Below the pieces are notes generated by a model. That model was given only the letters and a program-made list of their open reading frames with translations. It did no database searches and was not told where the DNA came from. The translations under genes and the position numbers were made by a program. Of a DNA stretch of 64,000 bases, positions 63,999 through 64,000 are shown piece by piece. The stretch is from a virus (lineage: Duplodnaviria; Caudoviricetes): IMG/VR virus record IMGVR_UViG_3300033072_000326, positions 24,043-88,042 of that record; one strand, 5' to 3'. Positions within the stretch are counted from its first letter, which is position 1. Each line of letters begins with the position of its first letter.

Positions 63999-64000
63999 TT

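Noticed and set aside
1-64000. tRNA genes; alternative genetic code
   Set aside because: No T-loop/cloverleaf was found by eye (tRNAscan-SE would settle it); conserved genes are full length under code 11

Overview
This window is 64 kb of a lytic dsDNA myovirus genome. The spanins point to a Gram-negative host, and the gene set and order resemble PAK_P1/rV5/Felix O1-type phages (inference). 1-16.3 kb (+): contractile-tail, baseplate, tail-fibre and lysis modules. 16.3-40.6 kb (-): nrdA/nrdB, MazG-like hydrolase, 3'-5' and 5'-3' exonucleases, SSB, family A DNA polymerase, T7-type primase-helicase, cell-wall hydrolase and many small ORFs. 40.6-55 kb (+): thyX, ATP-dependent ligase and a promoter-dense early block bounded by non-coding DNA. 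55-64 kb (-): small ORFs, HslV-like and ClpP-like peptidases, PhoH. Seven homing-endonuclease-like genes are present. Most notable: (1) the tape measure gene is split by a complete group IA2 intron (4911-5874) that carries an HNH gene and its own promoter; (2) a ~545-nt, helix-dense non-coding RNA candidate on the minus strand (about 57235-57780) behind its own promoter, with no family hallmark I recognise; (3) a dispersed twin-hairpin element with compensatory base changes at gene junctions (5 clear copies, 2 degenerate); (4) further structured-RNA candidates at 40650-40845, 27031-27137 and 61327-61418. No tRNA or CRISPR array was seen. All folds were done by eye and no database search was run.
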